From Candidatus Helarchaeota ASGARD archaeon Hel_GB_B (lineage in GTDB: Archaea > Asgardarchaeota > Lokiarchaeia > Helarchaeales > HEL-GB-B), in the NCBI GenBank assembly GCA_005191425.1, contig SUPR01000024.1, positions 1 through 32,000 on the forward strand: DNA of 32,000 nucleotides. Direction: 5' to 3'. Every line of letters begins with the position of its first letter. The stretch's first letter is position 1. The notes under the pieces are model-generated. The model was not told the origin of the DNA and ran no database searches. It saw only the letters and a list, made by a program, of their open reading frames with translations. Below are positions 10,324 through 19,628 of the stretch, in pieces. A program made the position numbers and the translations under genes.

Positions 10324-11523
10324 TTATCTCATTATTTTTTTGTATTCTGTGTAATAATTTTTTACCATTTTTTCCAGGGTAAATCGAGTTGAATTAGACA
10401 ATGAATTTCGACTAAATTTTTCGTATATATCTTTATTTGAATATATAGTTTCAATTTTTTTCACAATATCTTCAATTTTTATTGGTTCTTTAAGATATAA
10501 CCCATTATAACCATTTTTAATAATTTCATTAGCAAATCTGGAGTTTGGGACTATTACTGGGAGACTCGCAAACTGGCTTTCTATTAATGATAGAGACATA
10601 CCTTCTTCAGTTGATAAATGAACAAATATGTCTGAAATGCCTAGAAAGTCTCTTTTATCTTCCTCTGAGACCCATCCAGGGATAATTATATTTCCCTCAA
10701 CACCTAATTTTTTTGCCAATTTAAATAAATTTTGTCTTTCTCTTCCCTCACCCAAAATTATTACTTTTACACCTGGAAATTTCGTACTAAGCCTTGGAAT
10801 TGCTTTAATTAATAAATCGTTTCTTTTGCTCTTTATTAACCTACCTGTCATTATTATTATTGGTCTATTAATTTCCTTATTTAATTCATATTTTCTAAAC
10901 ATTTTTTTATTTCTATAATATGAATAATCTACTTTTGGTGTCCCATTTAATATCATGTTTGTATTTTTAATTCTTAATTCTTTTTTAATATCTTTTTCCA
11001 ATCTCTTGCTTACGCAAATTACTTTATCGGCTCTTTTTAAGATATATCGGAATGTCTTCCTTAATATTTTTTGTATATTATAAAAATCCGCTGGACCATG
11101 AACTGTAATTATTAAAGGTATCTTTAATAACTTCTTAATTATAATTCCTATTAATCCTGTTGGAACAATAAATGAAGAATGTATTAACGATATCTTTAAC
11201 TTTCTACAAATCTTAAATAAGATTATTAATTCCCCTAAAAGATCGCCCAATGCAACTAGCATTCTTAAATATTTTGATTTTACATTTATTCCAATTCCCA
11301 ACTTTTTTATTTTTTCTGGCAGATAATTTTCAAAACGCCTAACAGTTAGTCCATTTATTATTTCTTTTTTCTTTAAATTTTTATATCGCCTTGTAATTAT
11401 AATTGACTCTATTTGATATTTTTTTAATCCTTTACATAAATTTAAAACAAAATATTCTGCACCACCACCAGTAATAGGAAAAAAGCCTGGAATTAAATGA
11501 ATTACCCTTTTACTTTTTATCAT
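10324..11523 (-). CDS. GT4 family glycosyltransferase
   Basis: FFPITGGGAE, ITVHGPAD, ICVS, ILNG, TGRLIKSK, and FVHLSTEEGMSLSLIES (E-X7-E). Confidence 0.92.
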   Translation of the reverse strand: MIKSKRVIHLIPGFFPITGGGAEYFVLNLCKGLKKYQIESIIITRRYKNLKKKEIINGLTVRRFENYLPEKIKKLGIGINVKSKYLRMLVALGDLLGELIILFKICRKLKISLIHSSFIVPTGLIGIIIKKLLKIPLIITVHGPADFYNIQKILRKTFRYILKRADKVICVSKRLEKDIKKELRIKNTNMILNGTPKVDYSYYRNKKMFRKYELNKEINRPIIIMTGRLIKSKRNDLLIKAIPRLSTKFPGVKVIILGEGRERQNLFKLAKKLGVEGNIIIPGWVSEEDKRDFLGISDIFVHLSTEEGMSLSLIESQFASLPVIVPNSRFANEIIKNGYNGLYLKEPIKIEDIVKKIETIYSNKDIYEKFSRNSLSNSTRFTLEKMVKNYYTEYKKIMR

Positions 11524-11804
11524 TTTTATCTATTTCTTATCATTTCTTAATTTCTAATTATTACAATTAACTAGTGTTATTTTTTATATCAAATCCTTTT
11601 TTTTAACTTATTATTCAATGAATTTCTCTTTAATATCAATTGATTTTCGATTTATCACTATATTGATTATGTATTTTTAATCATTCTTAAAATCGAAAAT
11701 TTTATTAATTCAATAAGTAACTTTCTATCACCTTATTCCTTACTTTTTTGAGGAATAAGATATATCCATTATTTATAATTTATAAACTAAGAGTGAAATA
11801 TATT

Positions 11805-12170
11805 ATGGCTAAAGATAAAATTTATGGCGCTTTGATCCTTGTGATTGCTTTAATAGCACTAATTTGGTATTTTCTCTATGCAGTTATATACGGTGGATTC
11901 TATGGATGGTACCTCACTAAGACAGCTGCAATAACGGCTATGATCAATGCAGGATGGCCATCTTGGCTTGTCGCTGGAATTACCCTTGGTGGACTTTCAT
12001 GGCGTTGGGCTGTAATAGGGCCAATGTTTATTATGGCGGCAGTTATCCTTGGAATCGCAATGTGGATAGGCTTTACAATGCTTACAACTCCACCTCCAGT
12101 ACCTCTTGAAGAGCTTGAAGAGTTAGGGCTCGAAGAGGAAGGCGAGGAAGAAAATAAAGAAGAAAAATAG
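11805..12170 (+). CDS. Small two-TM membrane protein with acidic tail; archaeal TTPPP family, DPM2-like by eye
   Basis: ATG at 11805 with GAGTGA upstream (the ORF track starts at 11748). 121 aa, two hydrophobic helices, ending WIGFTMLTTPPPVPLEELEE... Confidence 0.7.
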   Translation: MAKDKIYGALILVIALIALIWYFLYAVIYGGFYGWYLTKTAAITAMINAGWPSWLVAGITLGGLSWRWAVIGPMFIMAAVILGIAMWIGFTMLTTPPPVPLEELEELGLEEEGEEENKEEK

Positions 12171-12214
12171 ATTATATCATAAATAATGCCATTTAACAAT
12201 AAATAACCTTTCAC

Positions 12215-12244
12215 TCGTTAGAGCTAAGCTCTAACGAATTTTTT
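12215..12244 (+). terminator. GC-containing palindrome followed by a T-tract; candidate terminator or protein-binding site
   Basis: TCGTTAGAGCT-A-AGCTCTAACGA (perfect 11-bp arms, 12215-12237), then ATTTTTT, 44 nt after the stop at 12170. Confidence 0.45.
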
Positions 12245-12856
12245 GTTAAATTTTTAATTTTTTAAATTCACCCTTATTTTTGTTTAAAAATAGTAATTTA
12301 ATTCCTCAGATATATAATTTTGTCTAATAAAATAGTTAATTTATTTTTAATGAAATATTTGTATTAATAATCTAAACTAAAATTTCGATTTTATTCATAT
12401 TAATGGAGCCATTTTCACATAATATTTGAATATTTTTCCCGTCAAATACTTATACCTCTATACTTCTTTTCTATATAAAATTTGAGTAAAGAAAAAAAAA
12501 TGAGAGAATAAAGATTATTAGAAATTATAAAAATTAAAGCAAAATTCTTGTTTTAAAAAGAACAGAAATACCACATTAAATAAACTTCTTGATAAAAAAT
12601 AACAAAATTTTTGTATCACTTAATTTTTAAAAATGGTAGAACAAATATTTATAAACCCAAATTAAATATTGAAATATCACATAGAATTAATTTGAATATT
12701 AAGAAAACAATTTTAAATTATTTATTTGGGAAAAACGAATTGAATAAAATTTAGAAAAAAGTTGATTTTGATTTTTAAATAAACAAATGTTTAAAATATG
12801 AATTCGAACTAAAAATGAGTTATAATAATATTAAGATGTACAAGTGAAAAGACTAG

Positions 12857-13987
12857 ATGTTAGATAAAGAAGAGATATTAAAGTTAGATAAATTAAATAT
12901 ATCGAAAGATATTTACAAATTACCGGAAAGTATGATCCAAGCAAGAAATAGTTGCAAGACGATAGATTTTTTATCGATAAAACAGATAATAAACTCAAGA
13001 GAATTTCCCAATTTTCCTAATTGTTGTATAATATGTGGAATGGGAGGTTCGGCGATTAGTGGAGACATTTTACACGATTATTTAGCAATGAAAGTAAAGT
13101 TTCCGATTATTACATTAAGAAATTATGAGCTCCCAACATATGTAAATGAAAATTCATTAGTTTTTATAATAAGTTATTCAGGAAATACAGAAGAAACATT
13201 AAATGCCTTAAAGGAGTCATTAGAAAGGGGAGCATTAATAATAGGGATTTCTTCAGGAGGAAAATTGAAGGAATTTTGTAAGAAATTACAAATACCGTTA
13301 ATATTAGTACCTGCAAATTTAGCGCCAAGAGCTGCTTTGGGATATTTATTTACGTCATTATTAATAACTTTACAAGAGCTTGGATTAATAGAACCGATTG
13401 ATGACGAAATTTCAGAAATGATAGAAGTAATGAAGGTATTAAGAGAGGAAATTTCAATAAAAGTTCCATTAGAAAATAATATTGCAAAACAAATAGCACT
13501 TAAATGTATCAATAATATTCCAGTAATTTATATAGATAATAATTATAAGTCAGTAGCTAAAAGATTTAAATCGCAAATTAATGAAAACAGTAAGATGCCA
13601 TGTAAAATTGATGAGTTTCCAGAATTAAATCATAATGAAATTGTAGGTTGGGAATGCTCACTTGAAATGTCTAAAAAATTTATATGTTTATTATTAAGGA
13701 CTTCTAATGAGATAGAGCCAATTAAAACAAGGATAGAATTGACCAAATCGATTATTCTTAAGGAGAAATTAATAGATGTAATAGAGATTTACGCTAGAGG
13801 CGAATCCAAATTAAGTCAAATTTTTTCGTTAATTCTTATTGGCGATTATATCAGTTTATATTTAGCTATACTAAATAATCAAGACCCATCACCTACAGAA
13901 TCAATTGCTCGTTTAAAGACCGAACTAAAAAATCAATTAAATCTTGTCCAGAAAATTGAAAATGACCTATTTGCAAAAGAAGCATAG
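12857..13987 (+). CDS. Bifunctional phosphoglucose/phosphomannose isomerase (SIS-fold PGI/PMI)
   Basis: GMGGSAISGD, SYSGNTEETL, ISSGGKL, PRAALGY, RFKSQINENSK, PELNHNEIVGW and GDYISLYLA motifs. Confidence 0.95.
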   Translation: MLDKEEILKLDKLNISKDIYKLPESMIQARNSCKTIDFLSIKQIINSREFPNFPNCCIICGMGGSAISGDILHDYLAMKVKFPIITLRNYELPTYVNENSLVFIISYSGNTEETLNALKESLERGALIIGISSGGKLKEFCKKLQIPLILVPANLAPRAALGYLFTSLLITLQELGLIEPIDDEISEMIEVMKVLREEISIKVPLENNIAKQIALKCINNIPVIYIDNNYKSVAKRFKSQINENSKMPCKIDEFPELNHNEIVGWECSLEMSKKFICLLLRTSNEIEPIKTRIELTKSIILKEKLIDVIEIYARGESKLSQIFSLILIGDYISLYLAILNNQDPSPTESIARLKTELKNQLNLVQKIENDLFAKEA

Positions 13988-14182
13988 AATTTTCTTTTTA
14001 ATTATCAAACAAAAATTTATTTTCCAATTATTTTGAAATTAAATCAAGATAGAAAATTTTTAATAGAATTATGGTTTCAATCATTTTAACTTTTAACAAA
14101 TAGAAATAATAATAATTCAAATAAAATTTTTAATATTTCAATGAAATCTTTAAATTAAATTATAACTTGTTGGTGAATAAAT

Positions 14183-14587
14183 ATGCCTCGGAAATTTACA
14201 TATCGTGGTTATACAGTTGAAGAGTTACAGTCAATGCCAATGGACGAGTTTATAAAGATTTTACCGTCCAGACAAAGAAGGTCGTTATTAAGAGGGTTAC
14301 CAAATAGACAGAAAAAGTTTTTAGAGAAATTGAGACGGGCTAGACGAGCCCTAAAGAAGGGTAAAAAGATAATAGTTAGAACACATAATCGTGATTCAAT
14401 AATTACACCAGAGATGATAGGGCTTACAGTAGCTGTCCATAATGGGATTGAATTTATTGAATTTACAATAACACCAAATCATATAGGACATTATTTAGGA
14501 GAATTTGCACCAACAAGAAAAAAAGTAGTACACGGTAATCCGGGTATAGGAGCGACTAAAAGCTCTCAATATGTTCCATTAAAATAA
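14183..14587 (+). CDS. rps19: 30S ribosomal protein uS19
   Basis: [48 protein letters not shown] Shine-Dalgarno. Confidence 0.98.
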   Translation: MPRKFTYRGYTVEELQSMPMDEFIKILPSRQRRSLLRGLPNRQKKFLEKLRRARRALKKGKKIIVRTHNRDSIITPEMIGLTVAVHNGIEFIEFTITPNHIGHYLGEFAPTRKKVVHGNPGIGATKSSQYVPLK

Positions 14588-14599
14588 TTGTGATAAAAA

Positions 14600-15067
14600 T
14601 TGGGTAAACATAATTATGCAATTTTAGGATTAGACCCTGATAAGACCGCTAAGGCAGTAGGAAGAGATGTAAAGGTATCGCCAAAGCCGGTCCGGGAAAT
14701 TTGTAATTGTATCAAGGGTATGATGCTAGATAAAGCAAAAACATTTCTTGAAAATGTAGTAGATATGAAACAGGCTGTACCATTTAAAAGACATAATAAA
14801 CATCAAGGACATCGGAAAGGACTTGATAAATTTAAATGGGATGCAGGAAGATATCCAGTTAAAGCGGCACGTGAAGTACTTGCAGTAATAGAAAATGCTG
14901 AAAATAACGCAGAGTATAAGGGTTTAGATATTGATCGCGTTAGAATAATACATGCGATAGTACATAAGGCGCCACCTATTAAAAAATATATACCAAGAGC
15001 TTTTCGACGTTCTACACCATATTTTAAGAGATTATCACATATTGAAATTGTAATAGAGGAAGAATAA
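14600..15067 (+). CDS. rpl22: 50S ribosomal protein uL22
   Basis: VSPK..REIC, AVPFKRHNK, GRYPVKAA, NAENNAEYKGLD, PRAF.R, HIEIV. TTG start. Confidence 0.98.
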   Translation: MGKHNYAILGLDPDKTAKAVGRDVKVSPKPVREICNCIKGMMLDKAKTFLENVVDMKQAVPFKRHNKHQGHRKGLDKFKWDAGRYPVKAAREVLAVIENAENNAEYKGLDIDRVRIIHAIVHKAPPIKKYIPRAFRRSTPYFKRLSHIEIVIEEE

Positions 15068-15087
15068 AAAGTAGAGGTAAAGAATTC

Positions 15088-15798
15088 ATGCCGGCAGTAG
15101 AACATTTTATCAAAAAAAGAATAGAAAAAGTTCAAATTGATGAATTTCTTGCCAAAGAATTAAAAAAAGCATGGTATGGAAAAGTCGAAATTCAGAAGAC
15201 TCCACTTGGGACAAGAATTGTAATTCATGCAGCCCGCCCAGGACTTGTAATAGGACGTCATGGAAAAAATGTAAAATATTTAACAAATATTATGGAAGAG
15301 CGATTTGGACTTGAAAACCCACAAATAGAAGTATCAGAAATTGATGAACCCGAATTAAATGCACGAGTTATGGCAGAACGATTAGCATCTCGTTTTGAGC
15401 GAGGGACACAATATAGAAGAGCGACTTATTCTATTTTACGAAGGATAAAAGATGCAGGTGCTAAAGGGGTAGAAATTGTAGTCAGTGGAAAATTAACAAG
15501 TCATAGAGCACGTTATAAGAAATTTAGACATGGATTTGTTGCTAAATGTGGCGATCCTGCTAATTTATATGTCGATTCTGCTGTGGCTTATGCAATATTA
15601 AAGAAGGGAGTAATTGGGATCAATGTAAAAATTATGAGAAATCCGGATTTACTTCCAAATGAAATTAAATATAGAAAAAATATCGATGAATCCAAATTAA
15701 ACGAAATAATAGGTATTGAAGAAATTCCAGAAGAAGAGATTGAAAAAGAAGAAACTGATTTAGAACAAATTATTGATGAAGAAAAAAGTGAAGATTAA
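15088..15798 (+). CDS. rps3: 30S ribosomal protein uS3
   Basis: KTPLGTRIVI.AARPGLVIGR.GK, ENPQIEV, GAKGVEIVVSGKL; acidic C-terminal tail. Confidence 0.98.
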   Translation: MPAVEHFIKKRIEKVQIDEFLAKELKKAWYGKVEIQKTPLGTRIVIHAARPGLVIGRHGKNVKYLTNIMEERFGLENPQIEVSEIDEPELNARVMAERLASRFERGTQYRRATYSILRRIKDAGAKGVEIVVSGKLTSHRARYKKFRHGFVAKCGDPANLYVDSAVAYAILKKGVIGINVKIMRNPDLLPNEIKYRKNIDESKLNEIIGIEEIPEEEIEKEETDLEQIIDEEKSED

Positions 15799-15819
15799 TT
15801 TATATGGAGTGATTTTTTA

Positions 15820-16029
15820 ATGCCAATTCTGCGTAAAAAACAAATTCGAAAAATGTCAAATGATGAAATCAAGAAAAAATTAAACGATTTGAGAAATGAA
15901 CTAGCTAAAGAACGTTCTTTAGTCGCTGGTGGTGGAGCTATAGAAAAGCCAGGTAGAATTCGGGAACTTAGAAGGACAATAGCAAGATTATTAACTTACC
16001 GAAATTTAAGAAAATTAGGAAAAATATAA
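15820..16029 (+). CDS. rpl29: 50S ribosomal protein uL29
   Basis: MPILR..QIRKMS, KPGRIRELRRTIARLLT. Confidence 0.97.
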   Translation: MPILRKKQIRKMSNDEIKKKLNDLRNELAKERSLVAGGGAIEKPGRIRELRRTIARLLTYRNLRKLGKI

Positions 16030-16032
16030 TAT

Positions 16033-16311
16033 ATGAAAATTAAACCAACAAATATTATTAATCAAAAATTAATTGGATTAAAAGTTAAAATTGTTTCATT
16101 ATATGATAATCTTCCTAAATGGAAAGGAAAAATTGTTGATGAAACATATAATATGTTTATAATTTCCGATGAAACTTCAAAAAAATTAAAAAAAATTCCA
16201 AAAAAAGGAAATTTGTTTGCATTTTATGTTGATAATAAAATAATAGAAGTTAACGGAAAAATTCTAATTGGACGACCTGAAAATCGAATTAAAATGAAAA
16301 GAAAGTATTAA
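16033..16311 (+). CDS. rnp1: Ribonuclease P protein component 1 (aRpp29/Pop4)
   Basis: LIGLKVKIV, G.IVDETYNM, IPK, V.GKILIGRPE.RIK; conserved position before uS17. Confidence 0.95.
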   Translation: MKIKPTNIINQKLIGLKVKIVSLYDNLPKWKGKIVDETYNMFIISDETSKKLKKIPKKGNLFAFYVDNKIIEVNGKILIGRPENRIKMKRKY

Positions 16312-16319
16312 GTGAATAA

Positions 16320-16655
16320 ATGATGGTTAGAAATATAGGTATAGGAGTCCCACCTCCAAAGAGAGAGTGTAACGACCCGAAATGCCCATTTCATGGCAAT
16401 TTATCAATTAGAGGACGTATTTTTGAAGGAAAAATAGTAAGTACAAAAATGAGGAACACAGTTGTTGTAAGACGTGATTATCTTCATTATTTAAAAAAGT
16501 ATAAGAGATATGAAAAAAGACATGGTACAATTTCAGCTCATTTACCTCAATGCTTTGAAAACATTGAAGTGGGCGATATTGTAAAAATTGCTGAATGCAG
16601 ACCTTTAAGTAAAACTATTTCATATGTAGTAGTACAAATTAAATCTAAAGAGTAA
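16320..16655 (+). CDS. rps17: 30S ribosomal protein uS17
   Basis: RNIGIGV.PP...[29 protein letters not shown]. Start at 16320 or 16323. Confidence 0.98.
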   Translation: MMVRNIGIGVPPPKRECNDPKCPFHGNLSIRGRIFEGKIVSTKMRNTVVVRRDYLHYLKKYKRYEKRHGTISAHLPQCFENIEVGDIVKIAECRPLSKTISYVVVQIKSKE

Positions 16656-16851
16656 TTTTAAATTTAGTCTTAGTATTAATATAATTAGCTTGGGTTCTTA
16701 TTTTATTTTTATTTAAATTTATCTTACTTTTTCTGAAAAAATATTTATAAATTATTTGATTTAGATTTTTAAGTAAAAATATATTCAAATATGAATAATA
16801 ATTTATTACAATTATAAAATAATATAGATAACATTTTTAATGGAGATAAAA

Positions 16852-17721
16852 ATGGCGAGCAAACCAAAAACAATCTTTGAGCGATTAGAAGAGCGTATGG
16901 AAAAATTAGAACAAATTATTAATACAATTGTTCCTGGAATTTTGGACCAAGTTATTCCTGCATTGGATAAAGTAAAAGAAGATCTTCCAGCTTCTATTGG
17001 GCCTAATTTAATGAATTTTGCAGATATGATAGGAGAACAGATAGAAAATGTTTCGAAATCGGTTTCTAGTATTTCTTCTCCAGGTGGAGGAGGACCTGTA
17101 AATGTTGATTTATCTGAAGTTACTGCATCTTTGAATAAAATATTAGATAGTTTTAATGTATTATTAAAAGGTTTTGACCAAGTAAATTCAAAAATAGACA
17201 ATTTAACCAGTGAAATTTCATTATTAAAGAACGATGTTAATCAAATCAAAGCAATAAGTAGTTCAGTAGCACCAGTAACACAAACTGCTCCACCAGTAAA
17301 TGTAAGACCTCAAGTCACTGCCCAACCAGCAACACCAGCTCCTGCAAGCTTTCAAGCCACTGCGCAACCTAAACCTACACCAACAATTAAAGCAGCTCCA
17401 GCACCTACTATTACTCCGCAAGAAAAAATTCCAACGATTACCACTGAATCATCAGTAGTTCCAACAGAGGTTTTTGACCTTTTTGATTCAATTACTGAGA
17501 AACTTAAATCCGGAATGTTGGCACAACAAATGGCACAACACATGGAACAAGTCCGTGATAAAATCGTAAATATATATAAATGGCACCCTACCTTATATGA
17601 ATTAGCGTCTCAGGCAAGAAAACTTAAAAAAGCAGGAGTTGAAGACCCAGTCGATGCTGATACATATCAATTATTACTAGAAAAAGTACAAGAGTGGAAA
17701 CAAAGAATAAAAACAGGCTAA
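16852..17721 (+). CDS. Coiled-coil plus Pro/Ala/Thr-rich linker plus C-terminal four-helix domain resembling the Vps28 CTD (candidate ESCRT-I-related protein)
   Basis: 289 aa from ATG 16852 (GGAG 6 nt upstream; the ORF track starts at 16840). Heptad segment about 17104-17250, low-complexity linker about 17251-17460, helical domain LFDSITEKLK...EDPVDADTYQLLLEKVQEW. The CDS call is firm; the Vps28 call is by eye only. Confidence 0.6.
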   Translation: MASKPKTIFERLEERMEKLEQIINTIVPGILDQVIPALDKVKEDLPASIGPNLMNFADMIGEQIENVSKSVSSISSPGGGGPVNVDLSEVTASLNKILDSFNVLLKGFDQVNSKIDNLTSEISLLKNDVNQIKAISSSVAPVTQTAPPVNVRPQVTAQPATPAPASFQATAQPKPTPTIKAAPAPTITPQEKIPTITTESSVVPTEVFDLFDSITEKLKSGMLAQQMAQHMEQVRDKIVNIYKWHPTLYELASQARKLKKAGVEDPVDADTYQLLLEKVQEWKQRIKTG

Positions 17722-18034
17722 TTTCCTTTTTATCAATTTTTAAAATTACCAGATCAATTTTCATTCAAGATATTTTAAATTAGAAAAAATTTTTTAATCA
17801 TCATATTTTTTAATTCCTATCACAAGAAAATTTTTAAACAAATTTTCAAGTTAAATTTTTACTACAAATCACAATGATTTGTAAAAAAAATAAATGAGAC
17901 GATTCATTCTTATCGTGACATTAATAAAAAATCACATATAATTTCATATAAATTTAATTTATTAAAATTAGACATAATAATAAAAATATAAAGATAGAAA
18001 GATACAAAATAAAATAAATAAAAGGTTGAATATC

Positions 18035-18460
18035 ATGGGTAAAGCGCGTATAAGACGAAGCGGTGCGTTATATTTACCATACATTACCAAAGGAATTCAA
18101 AATGAGACTGTATTAAAATGTAGCGATAATAGTGGCGGTAAGTTTTTGCGAGTAATTTCAGTGATAGGATATAAAGGACGTTTAAATAAGATACCGAAAG
18201 CATCTATTGGACAAATGGTGGTAGTATCAGTAATTAAAGGTAGCCCAGAATTACGGAGACAGGTTGTCCGTGCAATAATTATAAGACAAAAAAAAGCATA
18301 TAGGCGTCCAAATGGTCAATGGGTAAAGTTTGAGGACAATGCAGCAGTAATTGTAAACCCAAATGGAGATCCAAAAGGCTCAGAAATAAGAGGCGCAGTA
18401 GCTAAAGAAGCTGCAGAAAGATGGCCCAGATTGTCTGCTGTAGCATCAATGGTTGTTTAG
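18035..18460 (+). CDS. rpl14: 50S ribosomal protein uL14
   Basis: CSDNSGGK, KGSPELRRQV, RRPNG.WVKFEDNAAVIV, G.VAKEAAERWPR. ATG 18035 preferred over TTG 18026. Confidence 0.98.
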   Translation: MGKARIRRSGALYLPYITKGIQNETVLKCSDNSGGKFLRVISVIGYKGRLNKIPKASIGQMVVVSVIKGSPELRRQVVRAIIIRQKKAYRRPNGQWVKFEDNAAVIVNPNGDPKGSEIRGAVAKEAAERWPRLSAVASMVV

Positions 18461-18472
18461 AGGTGTTAAAAA

Positions 18473-18853
18473 ATGCGTCAAAAAACTAAATCACCAAGAA
18501 AAAATAGAAAAAGATTGTATAAAGCACCAAATCATAGAAGAAATAAATTTTTTCATGCAAAATTAATTGATGACTTACGTGCAGAATATGGTATTCGAAG
18601 GTTAGGTATCCGTAAAGGAGACCATGTGATGGTAATCAGAGGCGAGTTCAAGGATGTTGAAGGAAAAGTCTCAAGGGTCGATAGACAAAATTATAAAATA
18701 TATATAGAAGGCGTCCAGATCGAAAAAACAGGTGGAGCTTCTTATGATTATCCTATTAACCCAAATGATGTTATTATAACAAAATTAAATCTAAAAAAAG
18801 ATAAGTATAGAAAGAATATTATTGATAGAAAAGAAAAAATTGAGTTTGAGTGA
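18473..18853 (+). CDS. rpl24: 50S ribosomal protein uL24
   Basis: SPRKNRKRLYKAP.H.R, IRKGD.V.V.RG.FK, IYIEGV, YPINP. Confidence 0.97.
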   Translation: MRQKTKSPRKNRKRLYKAPNHRRNKFFHAKLIDDLRAEYGIRRLGIRKGDHVMVIRGEFKDVEGKVSRVDRQNYKIYIEGVQIEKTGGASYDYPINPNDVIITKLNLKKDKYRKNIIDRKEKIEFE

Positions 18854-18861
18854 TCAAATAT

Positions 18862-19623
18862 ATGACAAGAAGAGGTAAAAGTAGACATCAAAAACGATTA
18901 GCAGCCCCAAAATATTGGCCAATTAAAAGAAAAGAACACAAATTTACTGTAGCATCTAGGCCAGGACCACATTCTGTTAAAAATAGTATACCTTTAATTA
19001 TTGCAATCAGAGATATTTTAAATTTGTGTAAAACTAGGAAGGAAGCTAAATATATAATAACAGAAGGCAATGTTATAGTTGATGGAAGGGTTAGAAAAGA
19101 TCCACGCTATTATGTTGGATTAATGGATGTTTTAGAGATCCCTAAACTTAATAAATGCTACAGAATTTTACCAATACCACTGCATGGATTAATCTTACAC
19201 GAAATTGAAGAAGATGAAAAAGATTTTAAATTATGTAGGATCGAAAATAAGACTACACTAAAAAAGGGTAGAATCCAATTAAATTTACATGATGGTAGAA
19301 ATATCATCATAGATGTTAAGGATCCAGAAAACCCAATAGAAGATGTTTACAAGACCCAAGATGTTTTAAAAATAGCGATCCCAAGCCAAGAAATTTTAGA
19401 ACACCTAAAATTTGATGATGATGTATTAGCAATAATAATAGCAGGAAAGAATTTGGGTTATGTCGGAAAAATAATCAACATTGAAAGAAGTGAAGGACCC
19501 TTTCAGAATATTATTAAAATGCAGTCAAAAGATGAAGAATTACAAACTGCATTAGAATATGCGTTTATGATAGGTATAGAAAAACCATTAATTTCCCTTC
19601 CAGAAAAAAGACAAGGTTTGTGA
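18862..19623 (+). CDS. rps4e: 30S ribosomal protein eS4
   Basis: HQKRLAAPK.WPIKRKE, PGPHS, VDGRVRKD, GRIQLNLHDGRN. ATG 18862 preferred over GTG 18850. Confidence 0.98.
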   Translation: MTRRGKSRHQKRLAAPKYWPIKRKEHKFTVASRPGPHSVKNSIPLIIAIRDILNLCKTRKEAKYIITEGNVIVDGRVRKDPRYYVGLMDVLEIPKLNKCYRILPIPLHGLILHEIEEDEKDFKLCRIENKTTLKKGRIQLNLHDGRNIIIDVKDPENPIEDVYKTQDVLKIAIPSQEILEHLKFDDDVLAIIIAGKNLGYVGKIINIERSEGPFQNIIKMQSKDEELQTALEYAFMIGIEKPLISLPEKRQGL

Positions 19624-19628
19624 TATAA

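Noticed and set aside
12245-12856. Long AT-rich intergenic region as a possible replication origin or ncRNA
   Set aside because: No ORB-like repeats, no adjacent orc1/cdc6, and no GC-rich structured segment
17894-17941. 15-codon mini-ORF (MRRFILIVTLIKNHI) in the spacer before uL14 as a possible leader peptide
   Set aside because: No SD or attenuator features; expected by chance
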